Part shown: positions 24,153-36,600 of the stretch, one piece after another | Numbering within the stretch: the first letter of the stretch is position 1 | Layout: every line of letters starts with the position of its first letter | NCBI RefSeq assembly: GCF_046119375.1 | Contig: NW_027362768.1 | Location: forward strand, 385,702,001 to 385,766,000 | DNA length: 64,000 nt | Direction of reading: 5' to 3' | DNA from: Phyllobates terribilis | Lineage: Eukaryota | Program-made: the position numbers and the translations under genes | The notes under the pieces: generated by a model | Told to the model about the DNA's origin: nothing | Database searches by the model: none | Seen by the model: only the letters and a program-made list of their open reading frames with translations

Positions 24153-24525
24153 GCCATTGAGGCTCAGGACCTCCCCCCGAGTGGCTGCCATTGAGGCTCA
24201 GGACCTCCCCCCGAGTGGCTGCCATTGAGGCTCAGGACCTCCCCCCGAGTGGCTACCATTGAGGCTCAGGACCTCCCCCCGAGTGGCTACCATTGAGGCT
24301 CAGGACCTCCCCCCGAGTGGCTGCCATTGAGGCTCAGGACCTCCCCCCGAGTGGCTGCCATTGAGGCTCAGGACCTCCCCCCCCCGAGTGGCTGCCATTG
24401 AGGCTCAGGACCTCCCCCCCCCGAGTGGCTGCCATTGAGGCTCAGGACCTCCCCCCCCCGAGTGGCTGCCATTGAGGCTCAGGACCTCCCCCCCCCCCCC
24501 CCGAGTGGCTGCCATTGAGGCGCAG
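24153..24525. repeat. 34-bp minisatellite (gccattgaggctcaggacctccccccgagtggct), about 11 copies, in the CYB561D2 3' UTR
   Basis: Starts about 25 nt after the stop codon; the C-run varies between units. Confidence 0.95.
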
Positions 24526-24696
24526 GACCTGCCATCGAGGTGCCTAGGGAGCAGAAGACGCCACATTACTTTTTTACTGTTAAAGTCTAATGACCAAAAA
24601 TATGGCCAAAATCCAAGACAGCCGTCCCCAATCAGCGAGGACCGACACCGCCCTCCCCGAGACTCTCGATACTTTCTTACATGTTGTGTAAAGTAA

Positions 24697-24702
24697 AATA
24701 AA
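24697..24702 (+). terminator. Candidate polyadenylation signal AATAAA for CYB561D2
   Basis: First AATAAA seen after the stop, followed by T-rich sequence. Confidence 0.55.
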
Positions 24703-25257
24703 ATGATTACGGGATTTTCCTTGTTTATAACTTTAAAGCTGTTTTTTTTTTCTTTCATTTCCTCGCACTCTATTCTTAGCCAGAGCTGCAATCACCATTC
24801 TGCTGGTGGCTGCTTTTCTTTTTACATCCCACAATCCAACACTTCAGACTATGCACTGATCCAGCAGTACTGTGTGTGCAGCTCTGGCTGTGACTGGAGC
24901 AGAAGCCCTGAAGGTATAACTCCCCACATCCGTGATCTCCAGTGGCCGGGTGTCGCTCTGCGCTTAGAGGAGACGTGTACAGGAGGTGCCAGTGTGTGCC
25001 AGGATCAACACCGACTAATGCGGGCGATGCCCAGAAAGTGTGGGAACGACACGGGACCATTACACGTAAGAGCAGCGCTCCGAAACTGCAGGAGCTGGGA
25101 GAGATCTGTGCACCTGACTGATGGCTGCGAATCTGCAGGTGAGTCAGGGCCCCGGAGCCAAACTCACTGTGACCCAGAACCGCGGAGACCGAGGAAACGT
25201 GATCAGAAATACAGGAGCCCAAGAGCGGCCGACGTTCCTGCTGGTTCTGTCTCATTC

Positions 25258-25980
25258 TCAGCACAGGCAGAATAGTGAGTGCAGCTCTGGAGTATAATAC
25301 AGGATGTAACTCAGGATCAGTAATGTAATGTATGTACACAGTGACTGCACCAGCAGAATAGTGAGTGCAGCTCTGGAGGATAATACAGGATGTAACTCAG
25401 GATCAGTAATGTAATGTATGTACACAGTGACTGCACCAGCAGAATAGTGAGTGCAGCTCTGGAGTATAATACAGGATGTAACTCAGGATCAGTAATGTAA
25501 TGTATGTACACAGTGACTGCACCAGCAGAATAGTGAGTGCAGCTCTGGAGTATAATACAGGAGGTAACTCAGGATCAGTAATGTATGTACACAGTGACTG
25601 CACCAGCAGAATAGTGAGCGCAGCTCTGGAGTATAATACAGGATGTAACTCAGAATCAGTAATGTAATGTATGTACACAGCGACTGCACCAGCAGAATAG
25701 TGAGTGCAGCTCTGGAGTATAATACAAGAGGTAACTCGGGATCAGTAATGTAACGTATGTACACAGTTACTGCACCAGCAGAATAGTGAGTGCAGCTCTG
25801 GAGTATAATACAGGATGTAACTCAGGATCAGTAATGTAATGTATGTACACAGTGACTGCACCAGCAGAATAGTGAGTGCAGCTCTGGAGTATAATACAGG
25901 ATGTAACTCAGGATCAGTAATGTATGTACACAGTGACTGCACCAGCAGAATAGTGAGTGCAGCTCTGGAGTATAATACAG
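25258..25980. repeat. 81/86-bp tandem repeat, same family and orientation as 33688-42570
   Basis: Unit tgtatgtacacagtgactgcaccagcagaatagtgagtgcagctctggagtataatacaggatgtaactcaggatcagtaa(tgtaa). Confidence 0.96.
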
Positions 25981-26539
25981 GCAGGCCCGTATTTGCCACT
26001 AGGCATTGGAGGTCCGGCGTCTGGGGCGGCGGGCTGCAGGGGGTGTTGCCAAGGTCAAAATAAACCTTCCTACTCCAGGTTCTTTAAGAAAACCGGCGTC
26101 TTTCTTGGGAAGGGAGGGGGAGCGGCACATTGATTTGTTTTTGCGTCTGTAAGACGTGAATACAAATGATCCTCCGTCATGGCGGCACTTCCGGGGTCAG
26201 TGGAGCCCCCAGTCAGCCCCCTGAGCCGAGGTGCGCACGTTGCTGACATCAGTGCAGAGGAGGAGGACGATCCGGGGTCTGGAGCAGGTGAGCGCTCAGA
26301 ACCAAAGATATAGGGGGGGAAACTGGTGAATGTGGGGGGTTCTGTGTGAAGAGCATAGGGGGGTTGATCTCGGTATGGAGAGGACAGAGAGGTGGGTTTC
26401 ATTTATGAGGGGGCGCTGCGGCTGTCATATTTCACTGGGGGAGACAGTGTGGTGGGAATATTTTATAGGAGAGAACAGTGCGGAGACCGTGTACCATTAG
26501 TGAGACAGTGAGGGGCAATTATTTATTCAGCGGCGTCTG

Positions 26540-26755
26540 TAGGGTCACGGCGCGGGGCGTCTATAGGGGCACGGCGCGCGGCTTCTATAGGGTTGGGGCT
26601 TCTATAGGGTTGGGGCGTCTATAGGGCGCGGGGCGTCTATAGGGTCGGGACGTCTATAGGGGCACGGCGCGGGGCTTCTATAGGGTTGGGGCGTCTATAG
26701 GGCACGGCGCGGGGCTTCTATAGGATTGGGGCGTCTATAGGGGCACGGCGCGGGT
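26540..26755. repeat. Degenerate minisatellite of about 20 bp (ggggcgtctatagggcacggcgc)
   Basis: Recurrent tctatagg core. Confidence 0.8.
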
Positions 26756-27691
26756 GTTTTTTTTTATTGAGTAACATTATAGTGACCCTGTTATTTTTAA
26801 GGTCACGTTGTCGGGATGTGCTGCAGAAGACGGAGACCTTCAGAGACCAGCGGAGACGTCATCATGGAGTCAGGTATTAGATGTAAGGGGCAGTATGTAA
26901 TCGACCGCTGATTTGCTATATGAAGCCGATCTATATGAAGCTTAATGACCTGTTTCCAGGATGTGGAGTCGCTTTCATGTGCACAGAACAATCGTTTACA
27001 TGATCGTCCTGTGCACATAGAGAAGCCTCGTTCTCCGCAGCAGATGTGCACCCAGGAGAACATGTTGCTGAGAACGATGATGTATAAGGGGTCTTTCACC
27101 CCACAAAATGCCAATTATTCTGCATGCAGATTGATATAGGGGACATAGCCCAGGCAGATACAGGTTTAACTTATTTTTTTTATATGCAAATGAGGACGCT
27201 TCTGTGCCCCCTCGCGCGGCCTTGTGCGCCGTTGCACCCTCCTATTTGCATATTAAAGCCATTCCCTTGGTAGAATAGACCGGTGCTTTGGTAAGGATAA
27301 GTGCTGGGCATTTCTGTGCTTGTGCCCTGACCCTGGAGAAGCTCAGCAGCGCTGTGAGTGTCAGTGTGAACGCGCACAATGTGGCTGACGGCGCGTTCTA
27401 TCGCCTGGTTGCTGCAGATACAATGAGGAGGAAGGGCGCTGAGGTGAGCAGACGGCACACACTTGTCCTCCTCCTCACCTGCTTCTTCCAGGTGCACCGC
27501 GTGGCAGCTACAGACAGGATCCAGGCGTCGGACCGCGCCCGCAGCCACATTGTGTGCACACCGGCACTGACACCAGGAGTGCGCTGCCGTGCCCCTCCAG
27601 TGTAGGCGCGCTAGCACAGACAGGTGAGCTGATGTGAGACTGTGCTCGCTCTTACCAACAGATCAATATCAAGAAAAGGGACTGGCTTTAA

Positions 27692-27995
27692 AAGGGAACC
27701 TGTCACCAGCGTGGCTGAGAGAAGTGCGACCGCACAGGAGCGCGATGGGGGGACACCGTGATGATGACGTAGGACGCGTCCTCCACATGAAGCAGGGAAG
27801 GAGGACGATGATTGTAAGAAGAGAGAGGAGACGCCGGATCCGGACCTGAGACGTCCACCGGACCGGACCGCGCCGTCTGTGCCTTGCATAGGGGATTAGA
27901 GACCTACAGACCACCTACCAGAATGCTGTATATATCAGACGGCTTATAGGCGCTGGCCGCACTTTATACGGGGAAAACCTGGTGACCGCTTCCCT
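27692..27995. mobile_element. Probable T2/Kolobok-type MITE with a decayed right end
   Basis: Left end ttaa..AGGGAACCTGTCACC; right end GGTGACcGcTTCCCT is its imperfect reverse complement. Confidence 0.5.
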
Positions 27996-28334
27996 GTCAT
28001 TTTCAAACGTTCGGTCATACGGTGCACCAAGGCTTTGGCCGCGCCGAGGGTGCACAGACGTGTCTTCACGGGAATATTAGATACATGTCGCTTTTTCAGC
28101 AAATATTGCGCCAAACTGTATATGCCCGGTATTATTCTAGCAGGGGCTACGTCCTCTGTGTAGATCTTTATGCAGTTTCATTGTCAGTTTGAGGTGACAG
28201 ACTCCCTTTCAGTGAGCTTAAAATTAATTTCCCCCAATGAATGAACGTTTTGGTGGTGCATCGGGTGATTGACAGCCTGGTTAGATGGATCGATAATCCT
28301 TTTCGGTGTTTAAAGACTTTTGTAGTTTTAGACC

Positions 28335-28633
28335 AATCTGCAGTCAGTCTATGTGACTCTACGTGACTGCAGACTTGTTACTCCTCACATGACGCACAGC
28401 GGCTGCGAGGATTCTCCGGTGGGGAAAAAGCAGTCGTGTGATTCGCAGACTCCCGGCCACAATCCGACTATGCAAGTAAATTGAGCGAGGCCGCGGCCGT
28501 CTAGTCTGATTGTGGCCGGGAGTCTGCGAATCACACGACCTCTTTTCCCACCGGAGAATCCTCGCAGCCGCTGTGCGTCATGTGAGGAGTAACAAGTCTG
28601 CAGTCACGTAGTCACATAGACTGACTGCGGATT
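28335..28633. mobile_element. About 300-bp foldback element (arms of about 135 bp, 31-bp spacer) flanked by a 14-bp direct repeat
   Basis: 28335-28470 is near-perfectly complementary to 28502-28633. Flanks are tgtagttttagacc (28321-28334) and tgtagctttagacc (28634-28647). Confidence 0.8.
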
Positions 28634-28655
28634 TGTAGCTTTAGACCGACAACCC

Positions 28656-30095
28656 TTTTTTTTTTTTTCCGTAAATCAAGAGTTTATTGATAATCAAATG
28701 ATAACGGTACCTGCATAGGATAAATATAAAAGCATTCGCATCCCAGTATGATCAGGTTTCAATAAACTTATTTGTTTGTCATCAGTTTGTGTAACATTGT
28801 AATTTTCAAGCAAAACAATCATTAATGTTAACGTACAAAATCTTAATAAAGTATTATAATGAGACGATACTAGAAAGAGGTAATATATAGAAAGAAATTG
28901 AGAGGGGGAAGAGGGAGGTAAAAGGGGGGTCTCTCCTCCAGACAAGCCCCTCTGTAACCCGCGGACGGACCCAGATCTCTGGTAAGTATCCTGCTCCATC
29001 TACAGTATGCGATGCCTTCTGGGTACTATGTTAAAAATTGTACAATACTTGGATTAATGATTATTCAACTCAGATCTGGGGTTCCTCTAAATGCGATCCA
29101 CAGAACCCCTGTGTTCTATCTTATCGGAGCTTCCGTTACTTTCTCCTATTGTTCCATTCTATCCATGTTCTAGCGTTCGGTTGCACGTCCTGAGCCTGCA
29201 GGCGCTTGTTCTGGTTTCCGACACCGGGGGATCAGATTCCTAGTAGCTGATAGGAAATGTCTGATCTTTAGATCTAGAGATTGACATGTCCTTTAGTGAT
29301 AGTAAGGCTAATTCTGCTGAGGGGTCGGGGTCTTGTATATAGATAATTTGTTATAAAGTTTGAATATTGCTAGCCATAGACTCATAATGAGTGGGCACAA
29401 GCACCAAGTATGTATATCCCATCCTCTGTCCTTCCAGCACCTGCACCAGGTATCTGGGGTTGTGGGGAATACAGAATGTGGACTAGAGGGGCATCTCTAC
29501 CATCCCGATAAAACCTTATAGCGTCTCCCCTATCGAGTATCGCCAAGATCTGAATCTATTTAGTAGAATTTTCGATCTATCTTCATGTGAAAGATCATTT
29601 TTTCCCATTTGGTAAAGAATAATGGGACGTTTCGTGCTGTTTGCGCCTCTTGATACAACCTATATAATGAGGAGACTGTGGGGTCTGGACGGTCAAAGGG
29701 GGAAAGAGGTCTGACGATACTGTTTATAGCTCTTTAACTGTTCATAGAAGAACCATGTACCTGTTGGGGGGTCCACACCGAGATAAATATCTTGTGATGA
29801 CCTTATTCCGGACTGATTAATATAATCATATAAGATGGGATGTGAGTCTTTGTTTTATTGATGCCTGCTGGGACTGTGGGATTATCGTATATTGGTGTTA
29901 AGGGGTCGGGTGTAGACCACCAAGCGCAGCGCTCTGCTGATCTTATGGCGTTCTCATTAGAATGAATGTGGATGCTCCATTCAACTGTGGGGGTCTTCAG
30001 CTCTCCGGTCGTCAGGATCGGTGGAAAGCCCCCCAGTGATAAGAAAATAATTCCCTATCCCGTGGATGCGGAATAACTTTCAAACTTTGAGATAT
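28656..30095 (-). mobile_element. Decayed L1-clade LINE 3' fragment (ORF2 C-terminus, 3' UTR, poly-A tail)
   Basis: T13 at 28656-28668 with tttatt (minus-strand AATAAA) at 28683-28688. Minus translation gives YKVLSGW*..P..PHSVFPTTPDTWCRCWK..G..IHTWC.CP.I (cysteine-rich ORF2 end) and PLTPIYDNP upstream, with stops. Confidence 0.8.
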
Positions 30096-30100
30096 CCGCT

Positions 30101-30475
30101 TTAAAGAGTATCTAAAACTTTTGGGATATTTTTATGTTTTACACCGATTCTGAACAGATGGGTGCGTCACCAGTTCTGAGACCCCCACCAGTCACTAAAC
30201 AAAGACACCCCCCCTTCCCCCCCTAGAAGACCGCAGCTCAGGAGACAGGAGCGCATTCACACAGCGCAGACTGGATCCAGTGAGTAGAAAGTCACAGTCC
30301 TGTCTCCTGAGCTCTGCACTTCTAAAAGGTCTTTTGAGCAATTGGTGGGGGTCTCGGGTCCCACCCCCATGATGCCTCTTCACACTGAGCCAAACTTCAG
30401 ACTCGCACCAATCTGCTGAAAATTAATGGACCTAAAACATATAAGATATCTTCCAAAAGTGAAGTTACTCTTTAA
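30101..30475. mobile_element. Probable TTAA-flanked T2/Kolobok-type MITE
   Basis: ttaaAGAGTATCT at the left end and AGTTACTCTttaa at the right end form short imperfect TIRs bounded by TTAA. Confidence 0.55.
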
Positions 30476-31029
30476 ATGTTTAATAAAGCTCCTGCCTAGG
30501 ACCAAGCAGTGCTGTGATTCCTGTATGGTCCGCAGTCTGATGATGGCTGGTAACAACAACTCTCAGCATCTCCTTACCATTGTTATGGGCATACTGGGAG
30601 TTGTAGGTTAATGCAATACACTTGTATTTGGGGCTGACCTGATACTGCAATTGATTGCTGTACTAAGCTTGGCAATGTATTCATGTACTGATGGAGGCTC
30701 TGGTGATGTGTTCATGTACTGACGGTGGTTGTGGTGATGTGTTCATGTACTGACGGTGTTCTGGTGATGTTTTACTGTATTGATGGTTGTTCTTGTGAAG
30801 TGGCCATGTAGATGTTGTAATCTTTTTAATTTAGGAGACTTGATCCTAAAACAGACTAAAAATTCAACTGGATGTCTCACAGCTGAACAAGAAATTGACT
30901 ATTAAGGCCACGTACCCTATAAACAGCTGCCTGACCGTGCGGCAGCTATCTCGCCCGGCTCTCCCATGTACAGGATTGCTCACGTTCCTGTGTTCTCTAT
31001 GAGAGCCGCTGTTAGATGTCAATATGACT

Positions 31030-33107
31030 TGCGTTTATTTGTGGAAAAAAAAAAAATCTGAAATTTGGCGAAAATTTTGAACATTTCGCAGTTTTCAAAC
31101 TTTGAATTTTCAAGCCCTTAAATCAGAGAGATATGTCACACAAAAGAGTTAATAAATAACATTTCCCACATGTCTACTTTGTCAGCGCAATTTTGTAACC
31201 ATTTTTTTTTATTTATTTTTTTGTTGGGAAGTTATAAGGGTTAAAAGTTGACCAGCGATTTCTCATTTTTACAACACCATTTTTTTAGGGACCACATCAC
31301 ATTTGAAGGGACTTTGAGGGGTTTTTATGACAGAAAATACCCAAAAGTGACACCATTCTAGAAACTGCACCCCTCAAGGTGCTCAAAACCACATTCAAGA
31401 AGTTTATTGTGGAAGAAAACAATGACCATTTAACTTTTTTTCACAAAAATTTTTACTTTAGACCCAGATTTTTTTTTTTTCGCAAGAAGAAAAAATGGTC
31501 CCCAAAATTTGTGGTGCAATTTCAAAACAAATACCCCATATGTGGAGAAAAAACACTGTTTGGGCGCACTGCCGGGTCCGGAAGGGAAGGGGCGCCATTT
31601 GACTTTTTGAATGTAAAATTTGCTTGAATAATTAGCAGACGCCATGTTGCGTTCGGAGAGTCCCTGATGTGCCTAAACAGTGGAAACCCCACACAAGTGA
31701 CACCATTTTGGAAGCTAAACCCTTTAAGGGACTTATCTAGACATGTGGTGAACACTTTGAACCCCCAAGTGTTTCGCAAAAGTTTATAACATAGAGCTGT
31801 GAAAATTAAAAAAATCACTTTTTTTCCACAAAAATGATCTTTTAGCCCAATTTTTTTTATTTTCACAAGGGTAACAGGAAAAATTGGACCCCAAAAGTTG
31901 TTGTACAATTTCTCCTGAGTACGTTGATACCCCATATGTGGGACAAAATTACTGTCTGGGCGCACGGCCGGGCTCGGAAGGGAAGGAGAGACAAAATGTG
32001 TCCGACAATTTCTGCTGAATGTAGAAATACCTCATATGTGACAGCACTGCTTAGCCACACGGCGAGACTCGGGAGGGACAGAGCGCTATTTGCCTCCTGG
32101 AGTGCAGATTTTCCTAGAATAGTATGCAGACTCCATATACACAGACCCTAAGAGCTAGAAGAGCAGAATTCCCCCCCGCTCAAGTGATCTCATTTTGGAA
32201 ATTATACCCCTTTGGGAATTTATCTACAGGTGTGATGAGGATTTTATCTACATTGGTGTTTTCCAGAAACAAGCAGAAGTGGATGCTGTAGAGTGAAAAT
32301 TGCAAACTGCCGTTGTAGTGACCAGTACGTTGTAGTGACCAGTACTTTGCGCTCAGCTCGTGCTTCTGGAGACATGCACCCGTAAATTAGGTGGGCTCTC
32401 ATCACTACAGAGATGCCAAACATGTGGACGCTAACTGCGGTTTAGGCACACTGTGCGGCTCAGAAGGAAGAGGGGCGTTTGTATTTTGGAGCGCAGAATT
32501 TGCTGAATTTCTTTTGGGGGGCAAGGGCCATTTCGCTTTTCCAGGGCCTTTCTGCTACTAGTAAAGTGGAAGCCCCCTATATTTCCGCTAACAGATGACG
32601 GACCTGTGTTTTTCTATGGACAGTGTGTCTGTGGGCAAAACACCTTTTATATGTCAGTTTTTTCTCGCGCTGCATGGGCCACAAAACGTCCCACATGGAT
32701 AACATCCGTGTGTCATCAGTGTGACACGTGTATAGTTAGCGCTGTTCCCCAGCGCCGGGTGCTGAACGCTGCCCTCATCATTGTCCCTTGCTAGTGCTGC
32801 GATCAGCGCAAGCAAGGGACAATGATGAAAGTAGTAGTGTAAAAATTAGAAAATAAAAAAAATCCTTATACTCACCTGTCCTAAGTATCCCCCCCACTGT
32901 AATCCTCTGACCACTCATGCCGAGGAGAATGACTTGCTCCAGCGAGCGATCACAGGATGGAGGGGCTTAAAGTGCCGGGAGCGGCGCGGGCACCGTTCCT
33001 GACAGAGTGCTGGGTGTCAGAATCAGCTGACAACTGGCGGCGACCGCCCCCGCACAGCCTCTGTGCACAGGGACGTATTACTGCGCCTCACATCAGAAAG
33101 GGGTTAA
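31030..33107. mobile_element. Fragment of a common anuran non-autonomous DNA transposon (piggyBac-like end)
   Basis: Internal sub-repeats (gtgacaccattttgga, ccccatatgtgg, ggaagggaagg) and a terminal AAGGGG-TTAA at 33098-33107. The same terminus occurs at 20164-20173. Family assignment is from recognition, not a search. Confidence 0.5.
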
Positions 33108-33687
33108 AGAACACAAGGATCTACAGTCCGATATCGGACATGCTGGATTCTTATCTCACCTGACAGTCGTCAGTCAGATCCGCCCATAGACCGTCAGCAG
33201 AACCTGTTGGTTTCAGTGTATTTGGCAAAATTTAGTCTAATGTGCATGGGGGTCTTAACTAGTATCTGAAGGGTATGAGCACTATCAGGGTACGTGCGCA
33301 CGACTTCTATGAATCCGTTGAGTATTTCAGACGGAAGACGCTTCAGGACACAGAGTCGTCATTTTGTACAGAAGTAACTTTTTTTTTTTTTTTTTTGCAT
33401 CTTTTTGGTCGTCTTTTACCCATTAACTTTAGTTTTAAATGGGAGTTACTTCTTTTAGTCGCTTCATGTCTTGGAAAACCTGAAGTGGTTAACAAACCCC
33501 TCAACAGACTGAACAGCGAGTCGTCTTTACGTTGTAGTGAATCACTTCATTGTTTTTAGCACTAATTCCAAGAGGGTTAAAGAGCGGATCTGCCTGAAAA
33601 CCGCTGTGTGCACATAACCTTAATCTGACTGATCAGTAGGGGGCGTGAGCGCGAAAAGTGCCTGGGACAGCATGAAACCCAAAAACT

Positions 33688-36600
33688 GTATGTACACAGT
33701 GACTCCACCAGCAGCATAGTGAGCGCAGCTCTGGAGTATAATACAGGATGTAACTCAGGATCAGTAATGTAATGTATGTACACAGTGACTGCACCAGCAG
33801 AATAGTGAGTGCAGCTCTGGAGTATAATACAAGAGGTAACTCAGGATCAGTAATGTAATGTATGTACACAGTGACTGCACCAGCAGAATAGTGAGTGCAG
33901 CTCTGGAGTATAATACAGGATGTAACCCAGGATCAGTAATGTAATGTATGTACACAGTGACTGCACCAGCAGAATAGTGAGTGCAGCTCTGGAGTATAAT
34001 ACAGGATATAACTCAGGATCAGTAATGTAATGTATGTACACAGTGACTCCACCAGCAGCATAGTGAGCGCAGCTCTGGAGTATAATACAGGAGGTAACTC
34101 AGGATCAGTAATGTAATGTATGTACACAGTGACTCCACCAGCAGCATAGTGAGCGCAGCTCTGGAGTATAATACAGGATGTAACTCAGGATCAGTAATGT
34201 AATGTATGTACACAGTGACTGCACCAGCAGAATAGTGAGTGCAGCTCTGGAGTATAATACAGGATGTAACTCAGGATCAGTAATGTAATGTATGTACACA
34301 GTGACTGCACCAGCAGAATAGTGAGTGCAGCTCTGGAGTATAAAAAAGGATGTAACTCAGGATCAGTAATGTATGTACACAGTGACTGCACCAGCAGAAT
34401 AGTGAGTGCAGCTCTGGAGTATAATACAGGAGGTAACTCAGGTTCTGTAATGTAATGTATGTACACAGTGACTCCACCAGCAGAATAGTGAGTGCAGCTC
34501 TGGAGTATAATACAGGATGTAACTCAGGATCAGTAATGTAATGTATGTACACAGTGACTGCACCAGCAGAATAGTGAGTGCAGCTCTGGAGTATAATACA
34601 GGATGTAACTCAGGATCAGTAATGTAATGTATGTACACAGTGACTGCACCAGCAGAATAGTGAGTGCAGCTCTGGGGTATAATACAGGATCAGTAATGTC
34701 TGTACACAGTGACTACACCAGCAGAATAGTGAGTGCAGCTCTGGAGTATAATACAGGATGTAACTCAGGATCAGTAATGTAATGTATGTACATAGTGAGT
34801 GCAGCTCTGGAGTATAATACAGGATGTAACTCAGGATCAGTAATGTAATGTATGTACACAGTGACTGCACCAGCAGAATAGTGAGTGCAGCTCTGGGGTA
34901 TAATACAGGATCAGTAATGTCTGTACACAGTGACTACACCAGCAGAATAGTGAGTGCAGCTCTGGAGTATAATACAGGAGGTAACACAGGATCAGTAATG
35001 TATGTACAAAGTGACTGCATCAGCAGAATAGTGAGCGCAGCTCTGGAGTATAATACAGGATGTAACTCCGGATCAGTAATGTAATGTCTGTACACAGTGA
35101 CTGCACCAGCAGAATAGTGAGTGCAGCTCTGGAGTATAATACAGAATGTAACTCGGGATCAGTAATGTAATGTATGTACACAGTGACTGCACCAGCAGAA
35201 TAGTGAGTGCTGCTCTGGAGTATAATACAGGATGTAACTCTGGATCAGTAATGTAATGTATGTACACAGTGACTGCACCAGCAGAATAGTGAGTGCAGCT
35301 CTGGAGTATAATACAAGATGTAACTCAGGATCAGTAATGTATGTACACAGTGACTGCACCAGCAGAATAGTGAGTGCAGCTCTGGAGGATAATACAGGAT
35401 GTAACTCTGGATCAGTAATGTAATGTATGTACACAGTGATTGCACCAGCAGAATAGTGAGTGCTGCTCTGGAGTATAATACAGGATGTAACTCTGGATCA
35501 GTAATGTAATGTATGTACACAGTGACTGCACCAGCAGAATAGTGAGTGCAGCTCTGGAGTATAATACAAGATGTAACTCAGGATCAGTAATGTATGTACA
35601 CAGTGACTGCACCAGCAGAATAGTGAGTGCAGCTCTGGAGAATAATACAGGAGGTAACTCAGGATCAGTAATGTATGTACACAGTGACTGCACCAGCAGA
35701 ATAGTGAGTGCAGCTCTGGAGTATAATACAGGAGGTAACTCAGGATCAGTAATGTATGTACACAGTGACTGCACCAGCAGAATAGTGAGTGCAGCTCTGG
35801 GGTATAATACAGGATCAGTAATGTCTGTACACAGTGACTACACCAGCAGAATAGTGAGTGCAGCTCTGGAGTATAATACAGGATGTAACTCAGGATCAGT
35901 AATGTAATGTATGTACATAGTGAGTGCAGCTCTGGAGTATAATACAGGATGTAACTCAGGATCAGTAATGTAATGTATGTACACAGTGACTGCACCAGCA
36001 GAATAGTGAGTGCAGCTCTGGGGTATAATACAGGATCAGTAATGTCTGTACACAGTGACTACACCAGCAGAATAGTGAGTGCAGCTCTGGAGTATAATAC
36101 AGGAGGTAACTCAGGATCAGTAATGTCTGTACACAGTGACTGCACCAGCAGAATAGTGAGTGCAGCTCTGGAGTATAATACAGGAGGTAACTCAGGATCA
36201 GTAATGTATGTACACAGTGACTGCACCAGCAGAATAGTGAGTGCAGCTCTGGAGTATAATACAGGATGTAACTCAGGATCAGTAATGTAATGTATGTACA
36301 CAGTGACTGCACCAGCAGAATAGTGAGTGCAGCTCTGGAGTATAATAAAGGATGTAACTCAGGATCAGTAATGTATGTACACAGTGACTGCACCAGCAGA
36401 ATAGTGAGTGCAGCTCTGGAGTATAATAAAGGATGTAACTCAGGATCAGTAATGTATGTACACAGTGACTGCACCAGCAGAATAGTGAGTGCAGCTCTGG
36501 AGAATAATACAGGAGGTAACTCAGGATCTGTAATGTAATGTATGTACACAGTGACTCCACCAGCAGAATAGTGAGTGCAGCTCTGGAGTATAATACAGGA

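Noticed and set aside
30902-33258. Possible Harbinger-like MITE split by the piggyBac-like fragment
   Set aside because: The putative ends (ttaaggccacgtac and gtgcatgggggtcttaa) match too poorly to support the call.
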